Shown here: positions 12,134 to 24,177 of the stretch, one piece after another
Numbering within the stretch: position 1 is the first letter of the stretch
Layout of the letters: every line of letters starts with the position of its first letter
Source of the DNA: Felis catus
Taxonomy: Eukaryota
Reading direction: 5' to 3'
Length of the DNA: 64,000 nt
Assembly: GCF_018350175.1 (NCBI RefSeq)
Contig: NC_058368.1
Location: forward strand, 199,642,001-199,706,000
Notes under the pieces: generated by a model
What the model was told of the DNA's origin: nothing
The model's database searches: none
What the model saw: only the letters and a program-made list of their open reading frames with translations
Translations under genes and position numbers: made by a program

Positions 12134-12970
12134 TGTCATAGACTCTGAGTCTAAAATTCTCTTTTGTCTAGCAAAAGGGCAGACACAGGATTAAAAAGAG
12201 AGATGGCTAATGTCTGGGAAAAAGACAAGAGCCCTAAATAAGGGTCCTTGCCCCGTAATTATTCAGATTTATTCAGTTTGTAAGAAGGCTTGCAATCATG
12301 TAGGCATATACAAAGAGACAAACTAGGAACATTGACTTGTGGATGTGTGGGGGGAAAGGGGATTTTGAAGATATATAGTGTTTGGGTTTTGGGTCAATAT
12401 AAAACAAAATCCAGGCTCCAGGCATATGGGTTGATGGTTGTTAACAGCAGACAGGAGGCGCCATGCTTGTTTATCTTTGCCAGCCTAGAGGATGAGACAG
12501 ACAGGGGGAATAACCTCAAGGTTAACAAGACACCTTTTCTTTGTTACTTATCTCCGCTCCAGGCTGCTTTCCCTGCAGTGCAGTGGTCCAAAGTTCAATT
12601 CACCAATTTACCTAACCTGGCCCTATTCTCCTATGAAAGCAGATTTCTGCTATAGTATTAAACTTGGGGTGCTTTCACCCTGAATATCTAATATTATGAT
12701 TCCTATGTATTGGGCACCTTTGCACTGATTCTATTTCAGGCCTTTGCCTCTATCTCTCTATTTTGGGTGTTCATCACCCCTCACCCTAACCCTCCCTATT
12801 TAGGGGTGCCTTTGCACCTCCCTATTCTTGGCACCTTTGTGCATCCCTATTCTTGGAGTGCCAATCTGGTTACCCAAACTTGGGTGTGAGCATTTTATGA
12901 CTTTGTGTTTCTTTATGCCTTTTTAACCCATTGGTGTAGGCTCAGGGGATTCCTAAGCTTATCCCCCACA
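12134..12970 (-). mobile_element. Solo LTR (837 bp), family not named, inserted in L1 ORF2
   Basis: TG...CA termini (minus strand TGTGGGGGATAAG...GAGTCTATGACA). Flanks GGCTTC / GGCTTG form a 6-bp TSD with 1 mismatch. L1 resumes exactly. AATAAA on the minus strand at ~12268-12273. Confidence 0.88.
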
Positions 12971-15900
12971 GGCTTGCATGTACTTTTTAATTTCCTCTTT
13001 AACTCCTTGGTTAGACCATTCATTCTTTAGTAGGATGCTCTTTCATCCCCAAGTATTTGTTGTCTTTCCAAATTTTTTCTTGTGGTTGATTTTGAGTTTC
13101 ATAGTTTTGTGGTCTGAAAATATGCATGGTATGATCTCAATCTTTTTGTACTTGTTGAGGGCTGATTAGTGTCCCAGTATGTGATCTATTCTGGAGAATG
13201 TTCCATGTGTACTCAAGAAAAATGTGTATTCTGCTGCTTTAGGATGAAATGTTCTGAATATATCTGTTAAATCCATCTGATCCAGTGTGTCATTCAAAGC
13301 CATTGTTTCCTTGTTGATTTTCTGTTTAGATGATCTGTCCATTGTTGTAAGTGGGGTGTTGAAGTCCCCGACTATTATAGTATTATTGTCAATGGGTTTC
13401 TTTATGTTTGTGAGTAACTGATTTATATATTTAGGTGTTTCATGTTTGGGGCATTAATGTTTACAATTGTTAGATCTTCTTGGTGGATAGACCCATTAAT
13501 TATGATATAATGCCCTTCATCTCTTGTTACAGTCTTTATTTTAAAATATAGATTATCTGATATAAGTATGACTACTCCAGCTTTCTTTTGGTGACCATTA
13601 GCATGATAGATGGTTCTCCATCCCCTTACTGTCAATCTGAAGGTGACTTTAGGTCTAAAATGAGTCTCTTGTAAACAGCATATAGATGGATCTTGTTTTC
13701 TTACCATTCTGTTAACCTATGTCTTTTGATCTGAGCATTTAGTCCATTGGCATTTAGAGTGAGTACTGAAAGGTATGTATTTATTGCCATTATGTTGCCT
13801 GCAGAGTTGAAATTTCTGGTGGTGTTCTCTGGTCCTTTCTAGGTTTTGTTGCTTTTGGTGTTTTTTGTTTTGTTTCATCTTTTCATCCCTCAGAGAGTCT
13901 CCCTTAAAATTTTTTGCAGGGCTGGTTTAGTGGTCATGAACTCCTGTAGTTTTTGTTTGTCTGGGAAACTTTTTATCTCTCCTTCTAATTTGAATGACAG
14001 CCTTGCTGGATAAAGAATTCTTGGCTGCATATTTTTTGGATTCAGCACATTGAATATATCCTGTCACTCCTTTCTGACCTGAAAGTTTCTGTGGATAGGT
14101 CTGCTGTGAACCTGATCTGTCTTTCCTTGTAGGTTAAGGACTTTTCTTCCCTTGCTGCTTTCATGATTCTTCCCTTGTCTGTGTATTCTGGAAATTTGAC
14201 TAGGATATTCCTTGTTGAAGGTTGGTTTTTGCTGAATCTAATAGGATTTCTCTGTGCTTCCTGGATTTTGATGACTGTGTCTTTCCCCAGATTTGGAAAG
14301 TTTTCCACTATTATTTGCTCAGATAAACCTTTTACCCCTTTTTTTTCTCTCTTCACCTTCTGGGACCCCTATGAGTCTGATGTTATTCCTTTTTAATGAG
14401 TGACTGAGTTCTTTAATTCTTATATCGTGCTCTTTTGCCTTAGTTTCCCTCTTTTTTTTTCTCCTTCATTATTCTCCTTAAGTTTGTCCTCTATATTGCT
14501 GATTTGCCACTCTGCTCCCTCCATCCTTGCCACTATGGCATCCATTTTAGACTGCATCTCAGTTATAGCATTTTTAATTTCATCCTGACCAGATTTTACT
14601 TCTTTTAGTTCTGCAGAAAGGGATTCTATGCTTTTTTCAACCCCAGCCAGTATTCTTATTATTCTGATTCTAAATTCTGGTTCAGACATCTTGCTTATAT
14701 CTGTGTTGATTAAGTCCCTGGCTGTCATTTCTTCCTGTTATTTCTTTTGGGGTTAATTCCTTGATTTCATCATTTTGAAGGGAGAAAAAGAATCAATAAA
14801 AATTTAAAAAATAAATAAAAATTTAAAAATTAAAGCAACACACAAAAAATAAAATAAAGGATGCTAGATCCTAGGTGTGTTGTGGTCTGGTTGTTGAAAG
14901 CAGCTTTATAGAATAGAGAAAAAAGGGGATTGAAAAGAAACTAAAAAAAGGAAAACGTTTGAAAATTTAAAAAATAAATAAATACAAGAAAATAGAATAA
15001 AATGAAATGATGAAAGTAAAATTGAATTTTAAAAATTTACAAAAAATTTTAAAATAACAAAAAATTAAAGAAAATATTTTTTTATAAAAACAGTAAATAA
15101 AAATAATTTTTTCTCTTTCTGTTTTCTCTTTCAAGAATAAGAAAAGAAAAAGAAAAAATTGAATGATGGACCAGTGAACATTATGAAATACAATTGAAAT
15201 TACATCCATTTTCCCCTGAAAGTTAAACTATGAAGCACTTCATAGTCCATAAACTAAGCAGGCGGAGAGACTTGTGGTGTTCCTTTAGCATGCATTTGGT
15301 GCAGTTGGATGGGGCTTGGTGTAACGGTTCTGTTCTCCAGTTGATGGCACTGGTTAGCTTACTGGGGCGGATTGTTGTGCACATGTACTGCATGTACATG
15401 CATGTGTTGGAGGGGTGAAAATGGAGTCACCCAGTCACCTGGTCTCTAGTATCAGAACTCTGCTCTCACTAACTGGCAGTCAAGCATCCCTCCTTTGTTT
15501 CTGGCTTCTGTCCAATCCCCACTTCCACTGTCTGTAACCAAGCCATCAGCCTTCCAGGTGGCACCTCCATCCTGAGTTTTATCTTAGATGGGTCTGTTTC
15601 TAAACCCCTCATTTCAGAGGGCCCTGTGGCTTTGACCTGCTCCAACCCTCTGGGGGAGGGTCTCCCCAAACAATGGTCAGGTGCTGGTCTGCTGCCCCCA
15701 GGAACATTCACATGACTGGGCTGCTACAGATTCCCAGAGACCACAACTGGGTGCCAACCCGCCCCAGAAAAAGTTTGCATGATCATGTAGCAGCAGCGTT
15801 CGGGGATTATGGTAATTCACAATACATATCTGTTTCCAGGCTACACCGTTAAAGTCCTTGTTCCAACACCAGCAAACATGGTTGTTCTCCGGGGCCCAAG

Positions 15901-16496
15901 GGACCTTTGCCTGTGGGGAGGCCACACAGCCTCTATCAAATGTCCTCTCAGCAGTGAAACCGCCTCTCCCTGTGTGGCCTGAGGACCCCTCAGACCTTGC
16001 TGTCTGCTCCTGGGGATTTGCCCTTCCCACCAGAGCTCTGCCAGGTGTCGAGCTGTGGAGTTTCAGACTGTGTGCTCCCCTGTTTATAGTCTTAATGGTA
16101 TTTAAGCCCTCTCCTTTCTCCTTTCTCCTTTCTCCTTTCTCCTTTATTCCTTTCTTGTTAAATTCCTTATGGGTGTTTCCACTCTTTCTTTTTCTCTCCA
16201 GCTGCTTTCAGGGAGAGTGCTTTTCCTGTACTCTCCCCGCTGTCTCCATCCTTTCTCTGTAAGCAAAAACAGTTCCCTACCCTCTTCAGTTTCTTTCTCC
16301 ACCATTTCACCTCCCTGTGCCACATATCTGCTGAGTTTTGTGGTTCAAGTTGTGCAGATTGTTTGTATTAATCCTCAGATCAATTTTCTAGGTGTGCAAT
16401 GTAGTTTGGTGTTGACATAATTGAATTTCAGGTAGGAGAGAGGCAAAAAAACTTCCATGCTGCTCCACCACCTTGGCCCCTCGTCCTCTGTTATTT

Positions 16497-16509
16497 TTTT
16501 AAAGTTTAT

Positions 16510-16553
<44 letters not shown>

Positions 16554-16717
16554 TGCCTGAGTGGGGAGAGGGCAGAGAGAGAGGGAGAGAGAGAATCTCA
16601 AGCAGGCTGTGCACTGTCAGCACAAAGCCTGACACTCAAACCCAGAGACTGTGAGATCATGATCTGAGCCAAAATCAGGAGTCAGACACTTAACCGAACG
16701 AGCCGCCCAGGCACCCC
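16497..16717 (-). mobile_element. CAN SINE with (GA)n tract
   Basis: Reverse-complement SINE body ending ...GCCGCCCAGGCACCCC. Confidence 0.92.
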
Positions 16718-17250
16718 TCTATTTTTTAATATATTCCTAAAGAAAAGAACCTCCCCTTTAATAAAGGATTGATAAGAAACAAATCTTTTTACAATTTACA
16801 TGTCCGATGATTAGAAAAAATTTCCACAGGCTAGCTTCTTGGTCCTCCTCCATTGTCCACATACTACCAACTGCCATTGGAAATGTGTGAAATTGACCTT
16901 CTTGTGAATAGAAGAGGATAAATATGTAATATGAGAGGTTTAAATTTATTAGTTCAAAATAATAACTTTACTCTAAAAGGATACTTACATGACAAAGCCA
17001 TATTATGATACTCTTTGTCCTGGACCTTTCTACTATGATGTCAGGTGGTAAGAATATTCCTGGAAGCCATTCCTGTACTAATATATGTAGGAATAATTTA
17101 ACTACACACAAAGTAATTATTAAATATATCAATATATACCTCTAAACTCAAACTAAGTATATCTTCAAGTTGGGTTCCCCTTAGCTAGATCTCAAGTATG
17201 CCCAGGACCACTCCAGTGCCATGCAACACAAGGATAAATATGAAAGATGG

Positions 17251-17645
17251 TGTTATGGACTGAATTGTATCTCTTAAAAAATCATATATTAAAGTCCTAA
17301 CTCCCCAATGTGACTATTCTTGAAGATAAGGTTTATGAAGAGATAACTAAGATTAAATAAGACCATAAGGGTAGGCCAATAGGGTAATCTAGTAGGACTG
17401 ATGTCCTTATAAGAACAGGAAGAGACACTAGGGATACTTATGTATATATAGAAGATATGCCATGTGAAGTCATAATGAGAAAGTGGCCATCAGCAAGCCA
17501 GGGAAAGAGGATTCAGGAGAAATCAAACCTGCCAACACCTTCATATTGGATTTCCGACTTCCAGAATTGCGAGAAAATAAATTACTGTTGTTTAAGCCAC
17601 CCAGTCAGTGATATTTTGTTATAGCAGCCCTAGCAGACTAAGACA
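17251..17645 (+). mobile_element. MaLR solo LTR, MLT1B-like
   Basis: Starts TGTTATGGACTGAATTG and ends GTTATAGCAGCCCTAGCAGACTAAGACA; homologous to 40968-41339. Confidence 0.85.
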
Positions 17646-17990
17646 GGGGGGAAAGCTAAGTGGAAAGAGTCCATGATCTTAATTGATTTTAATTAAAATA
17701 TCTTAATTCTAAGTTTTGCACAAATATATGACTGAAGTTCTGCTTCCACTCAAAATCTAGCAATACACAAGAAAACATTGACCCCACCCAAACAATGAGA
17801 GAAATATGTACAACCTACAAACTCATAACTTTTCTTGAGCCTATCAGAGAGTGAGATTGCAAGACAACTAGGTGGATTGAATTCCAAAGGTTGGTAAGCC
17901 CCTCCTGTGAAACATGGATATAGGAAGTATTTCACCTTTGACAAAGCATTGGAAGAAGAGACAGCCACCATTAAAAAAAGGGTAAGAAGA

Positions 17991-18188
17991 GGGGAGCCTG
18001 AGTGGCTCAGTTGGTTCAGCATCCAACTCTTGGTTTCAGCTAAGGTTAAGATATCCATGCTGAACATGGAGGCTGTTTGAGATTCTCTCTCTCTCTGTCT
18101 GTCTCTGTCTCTCTCTCTCTCTCTGCTCCTCCCCCACCCTCTCTCTCTTTCTCTCTGTCTCTCAAATAAAGAAGTAATTTGTTTTAAA
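17991..18188 (+). mobile_element. CAN SINE, internally shortened
   Basis: GGGGAGCCTGAGTGGCTCAGTTGG head and CT tract; degenerate TSD ending TAAGAAGA. Confidence 0.88.
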
Positions 18189-18266
18189 AAAGAGGATAAG
18201 AAGAAAACAGCTGAAAACTCAACAAATTCTCAATAGCAAAGTCCAGGTTAACTTGATGGTTTAGAG

Positions 18267-18569
18267 AAGGGGTCAACAAACCCCAACCCATATACCAAAT
18301 TCATCTTTCTGCTTATTTTTTTATACTTTTAAATCACTGGGAAAAACTCAGAACAATAATATTTTGTGATATATGAAAATTACATGAAATTTAAATTTTA
18401 GTGTTTATAAATAGCTTTTTGGAACACAGCCACCTCATTGTTTACTTATTGTCTATGTCTGTTCTTGTACTACAATGGGAGAGTTTGTTAGTTGCAATAG
18501 ACTGTATATTTTGTAAAGCCTAAAATATTTACTATCTGGATTTCTATAGGAAATGTTTTTTGACCCCTG
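18267..18569 (+). mobile_element. hAT-Charlie MITE, MER58B-like
   Basis: Terminal inverted repeats AGGGGTCA / TGACCCCT; 8-bp TSD GTTTAGAG / ATTTAGAG; MER58 motifs GGAACACAGCCAC and AAGCCTAAAATATTTACTATCTGG. Confidence 0.85.
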
Positions 18570-21500
18570 ATTTAGAGACCTATGAGCCCAGGACAAAGAG
18601 AAGTTGCACTTACTTGCAGGCTCTTTTCCATGCCAGGTCTTTACCATGTTCATATGAGAACGATTGGGGCAGGGCAGGAGAATAGAAAAGTCCCTTGGTG
18701 AAACACAGATATAAAACTTCTTCCTCTTCCCCAGAACTTTCTCTCATATGAGACAAAAGTGCAAGTGCCAGGGGAGTGCCAGGAAATCCTTCCTCCTTCC
18801 AGGTCAGGAAAAGATTCAGTACCTCTGAGGGAAGGGTAGAAGTAAAACTCACCCAACACTACAGGAGATATGGGAAACTTTTCTACTACCTCAGTCTCTG
18901 ATCTTTACTGAGGAAGAGGCAGAAGCAAAAGGCATCTATTGCTTTTGGAGAGTAAGGAAATACTTTCATGCCCTGGATTCTATACTTAAACAAAATAGAG
19001 ATCTGCTCCCACTGGGTGAGGACTAATAAATTCCTTTTGCATAATAACTCTGAGCTATACATGAAGTGTTAGGCTGCAATAGGGGAAGAGATAGAAATGC
19101 CAGGTAAGTCTGTCTTCTGTGATACAGATGCACAGAGCCTACCCAGACTGAGGCAGAACTGGAACAATAGAGAATTATGCCTACCCACCATGAGCCTCAT
19201 ACTAATGATTAGCAGTAGCAATCTACTAGTTGGGGAGAGACAAGAACATACAAAGAGGCATTTATACGGTGTAGGTGTATAAGACTTGCTGAAAAACATT
19301 GGTTGATCAGGTACACTGGAAAAGAAAAACCCTCCAGCTCTACAGGTCATGCATTAGGTACAAAATAGCAGCTGACCACCCCTGGAGGAATTTGAAATTT
19401 GTGGTGCGTTGAAAGTAACTCAATTAACAGCAAACCCAAACTCAGTTCAAGTATCAAGTAAATTGACTTAACTTGCTACATTAACAGTGTTTCAGAAGAG
19501 GTATGTTCTCTTCCAACCATAAGTACTGTTTACCTCAGTCTTCACTGGTTTTTGTTGAAAGTACTACAGAAGGTACTTCAGAAAAATATTGAAAGTACTA
19601 CAGAAAATTCGAGACATATTTAAAAAGCAAGGGAAAAAAACTTGACCTGTTGTCAAGAGAAATAGTAGTCAACAGAAGCAGATGAAGAGATAACTCACAT
19701 GTTAGAACTATCAAAAACTTTAAATAATTATAATCAACACGTTGAAGGCCTTATAGAGTAGATGAATAAAATGAATAAACACCTAAGAAATTGCAGCAAA
19801 GAGCTGGAAACTTAAAAGAAAAATAAATGGAAATCCTATGAATAATTCAAATAATAGAATTGAGTAAGTCCTTTGACAGGTTAATTAGCAGACTAGACAC
19901 AGCAGGAAAAAAAATCAGGGTTGGTCAATAAAAATTATCTCAATTGAAACACAAAGAGAAAAAAAAAACAGTAAAAATGTAGAAAAGTGCATCAAAGAGA
20001 TCTTGCCCACCATCAAATTGGCTAACTTGTGTAAATGGAGTTTCAAAAGGAGAAAAGAGAGAAAGAGTGAGGTGGAAGAAATATTAGAACAGTTAATGGC
20101 AAGAATTTTCCCAGATTAATGAAGACAACAAACCACAGATCCATGAAACAGAAAAACCCACAGGGGATACATATAAAGAAAAACACAACTGGGCATATCT
20201 TAGTCATACTGCTATAAACCAAAAATAAAGAGAATATCTTAAATGTAGCCAGAATGAAAGAATTCACTGCATACAGACAAACAAGATGAGAACAATAGTA
20301 AACTTCTTGTCAGTAACTATGCATATCAGAAGAAATGGAGCACGATCTTTTATGTATTGAAAGGTGGTGATGGGAGAACCTCTCATGGCAGAGAAGACAC
20401 AAATTACAAATTATGAATGTGAAGCATGAAAGAGAAGTCATTGGTTTAGATAGTACAGACATGAAGAGGATAATAAGAAACTATTTTCTGTCTTCTCCAT
20501 TACTACTTCATGTACATAGATTTGACACCTTAGATGAAAAGGACAAATTCACTAAAGGCATGAATTCCCAAGCCCTTTCAAGAAAAAAAAAATAGATAAT
20601 TTGAATAGCCCCATAACTATTAAATAAATTGAATTCATATTTAAAAAAAATTTATTGTTGTATTTTGGTAAACATTTAAGGAAGAAATAATACCAACTTT
20701 ATATAAAATCTTTTAGAACGTAGAAGAGGGAACCCTTCCCATCACATTTTATGAGGTCAGCATTCCTCTGACACCAAAGCCACAGGTCGATATTCCCCAT
20801 GCACAAATAAACAAAAATCTTCAAAATATTAGTAAACCAAATCCTACTATATATATTAGATGTGGTGAGGTTTATCCCAGGTATGCAAACTTAGTTTTAA
20901 TTAAATAATAAATCAATATAATTTACCATCTCCATATACTGATAAGAAAAAAAAAAACATATGTTAATCTCCATAGATGCAGGAAAACATTCAACTAAGT
21001 TGAACAACCATCAGTAGTAGAGGCTGCAAACTAGAATGCAAGAAAACTTCCACAGCCTGATGAATGGCATCTACAAAACACCTGGAGATAACATCACATT
21101 AAATCATGAAAGAATGAATACTTTCTCTCCACGATAGGAAACAAGGCAAGGATGTCCACAAAGGCATACAGGTAGGAAAGAAAGAAAAAAAAAGTCTTTA
21201 TATAAAAATGACCTCATTATCTGTGTGGAAAAATCTAAAGAATTTATGAAAAAATTAAAACTAATAAGTGACATTAGCATGGTCAGGACACAGTTTTGCA
21301 AAAGAGCAAAGTCAAAGTCACTATACTGCCTGATTTTAAGATTTAATGTAAAGCTACAGTAATAAAAACCAGTGTAATATTAGAGAAAGAATAGACATAT
21401 AGGTCAATTGAACTTAATAGAGAATCCAGATGTACCAAGTCAGAATCTGCATTTTAATAAGATTCACAGGTAATTCACATATACACTCAATTTTCCCCTT

Positions 21501-21849
21501 TTCCTTACCCCCTCCTCCAAGATCATATCAAGTTCTGTCAGTTCGTACCTCTGAAGCAAGTCTCAATCCATCCATGTCTCTATTCCATGGCCACCTTATT
21601 CCAAGACACCACTTTCTCTCCTATACTACTGTGGCCTCCTGATTTTTTTGATTCTTCTTTTTTCCCCTATAGGCAATTTATAAAACAGCCAGAGTGATCT
21701 TCATGGAGTTTGTGTTCTAGTGGAGAAGACAAAATAAACATGTAAGTAAATAAATGAAAATAATCATTATTAACTGTAATAAATGCAAAGAAGGATATCA
21801 ATATATGTGATAAACAGAGAGAAGGCTACTTGCCTCCTGTAGATGGAAA

Positions 21850-22246
21850 CTATTTAAGTAAGCTTGGGTTGTCATAACAAAATATCACAGAATGTGTCGC
21901 TTGAACAACAAAACTTTATTTTCTGCCAGTTCTGGAGGCTGGAAGTTCAAGATCAAAGTTATATCAGGATTGGTTTCTGGTGAAACCTCTCTTCCTGCCT
22001 TCTGGAGAGTTATTTTTTTGCTGTGTTCTCATCTGGTTCCTCTGTGCCCATGCAGGGTGGGGGTCAGGGAGCATACTCTTGTATCTCTTCTTCTTCTTAT
22101 AAAGATACCAATTCAATCAGATTAGGGCCCTTATGACTACTTAACATTAATTACCTCTTTATAGGCCCTATAACCAACAGTAATATTGAGGTTAAGGCTT
22201 CCCTACATGAAATTGGGTAGGTAGAAATACAATTCAATCCATTACA
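21850..22246 (-). mobile_element. MaLR solo LTR (MLT1 family) within L2 debris
   Basis: CATAACAAAATATCACAGA...CAGTTCTGGAGGCTGGAAGTTCAAGATCAA...ACAATTCAATCCATTACA. Confidence 0.8.
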
Positions 22247-22724
22247 GGGAGATTGGGAAGGCTGGTCTGTAGAGGTGGCATCTGAAGATCTGAGATTTGA
22301 GGTGGAACCAACCATGTAAAGAATGAGGACAAGACCATCATGGGTAGAGGGAACCCATGGACATAGGACACCTTTACGTATTGGAGTTTTGGATTATCAG
22401 GAGGAAAAGTAAATCCAGCTGTTTCCATTCTGGTCAGAGAGGAGAGGTTACAATCAGACCTGTAATCTTCATATTTCTATTCAAAAGTCACTCTACCAGC
22501 ATTTGAAATTGGCATTTGGACAAGGACAGAAAGAAAACAAAAAGAAGAAACCAATTACAGGCAGGTAGGAATTATACCTTTATTTGCAGTCCAGAGCTAA
22601 CACCTCTCCCTGAGACTGGTTCACTTAAAAGCCGTCTCAATGAAGGATGACTTCTTGGGACATTTCATTAAATATTTGATGGCTATATGCCTATTCCACT
22701 GGTGGTGATTTAGAAGCATTACCA

Positions 22725-22838
22725 GTGGTGCCTGGGTGGTTCAGTATGTTAAGCTTGATTTTGGCTCAGGGCATGATCCCAGGGTTGTGGGATGGAGTTC
22801 TGCATCAGGCTTCTGGCTGAGCATGGAGCCTGCTTAAA

Positions 22839-22886
<48 letters not shown>

Positions 22887-22963
22887 TGCCTCGCTCCCCC
22901 ACTTGCATTCTCTCTCTCTTTCTAAAATAAAATAAAATAAATAAAATAAAATAGAAAATAAAT
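22725..22963 (+). mobile_element. Older CAN SINE with (CT)n microsatellite
   Basis: SINE head, (CT)n tract, (TAAAA)n tail; TSD AAGCATTACCA. Confidence 0.92.
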
Positions 22964-23955
22964 AAAAGCATTACCATGAAGGAAAATGCCTTAGACAATT
23001 CTAAAATTCTCATTGGCTGATGTACACGGAAATTCTTAATCTTAGATTAAGTCAACTGAAAAGTATTTGACATCACGTGTCAGCAAAAACTTCTTATTGG
23101 CGCCGCTTGCAGCTTTCCACTGTTTACCTAAGCAGCACCCAGCAGACTATGCTTGAGACGTGCTCCAAGGCAGGAATAGGGAATGTGAAACACTGAAATT
23201 TTTCAACATTTATTCAACCACACCCCATTTTCATTATCTCCATGCAGGGAGGTGAACAGAGAGAACTACCAAATACCACAATAAGCGTGATTTGTGCCCG
23301 ATTCACTCTTTCCCCACTCAGTGTAACTGTCAACAGCATCACAGTGATATAAATAAACATTTTGCTGAATTCAGACCCAAGGGAGGGTTTCTTTCATGGC
23401 AGGTCTTTAAGGGATTGAAGTCTTAATTCACTCAGACACTCCATAGACTATCCTAGTATTACTTTTTAGCAACCATCTGACCAAAAATCATATTTGAAAA
23501 AATTATCTTAAATATTACCATAGTGCATAGATTCTGTAGTTTGTTAAAAAGAAATACACAAAAATAATACACACTATATGTTCTATTGCCAATGGATAAG
23601 TTGTATTCTTTCATAGATTCTATCTTGTATTCCTTTGCTATACAGTGTCATTGGTTGGTTTCTTAAAGGAACAGCCAAAGAAAATTAAAATTTAACTTTT
23701 TTTACATTGCACTCTATGCTTACTCTACTTATATAAATGATAAGTAGAATAGAACTATGTTGCTTATGTAGTTTTCTGTGGCTTTATTTGTACTTGTGGT
23801 TTAATTTGTACTTAATTGGACAAAACTGAAAGAGGCCTAAAAAAAAAAAAAACTCTGAAAATCATTTGATTATAACTATTACAATCAAACAGAATCTTAC
23901 ACTTAAGATCCTGTGATATGTAAAAATACCGTTACACATGAACCTGAACTTTTTA

Positions 23956-24177
23956 TTTAAAAAAAAAAATTTTTTTTTAACGTTTATTTACTTTTGAGAC
24001 AGAGACAGAGCATGAACAGGGCAGGGGCAGAGAGAGAGGGAGACACAGAATCTGAAACAGGCTCCATGCTCTGAGCTGTCAGCACAGAGCTGGACGTGGG
24101 GCTTGAACTCACAGACTGTGAGATCATGACCTGAGCCGAAGTCGGACGCTTAACCGACCGAGCCACCCAGGCGCCCC
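23956..24177 (-). mobile_element. Felid CAN SINE
   Basis: Complete body; TSD TGAACCTGAACTTTTT. Confidence 0.96.

Larger units (their letters stand above)
3548..16490 (-). mobile_element. Older carnivore L1, originally full length, interrupted by a younger L1, a SINE and a solo LTR
   Basis: Poly(T) and 3'UTR from 3548; ORF2 remnants at 3765-4017, 9951-11933, 12078-12133 and 12971-13790 (EN-domain ORF 13423..13707, CCLQETHF); ORF1 remnants at ~13890-14773; AT-rich tract at 14790-15160; 5'UTR to ~16490. The segments are colinear across the insertions. Confidence 0.88.
17735..21430 (+). mobile_element. Ancient, heavily deleted L1M-type element (5' region, ORF1 and ORF2 remnants)
   Basis: A-rich plus strand. 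ORF1-like sequence at ~19660-20340; ORF2-like segments at 20390-21430 (TTTTATGAGGTCAGCATT, CCATAGATGCAGGAAAACATT, GGAAACAAGGCAAGGATGTCC). The left boundary is approximate. Confidence 0.7.
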
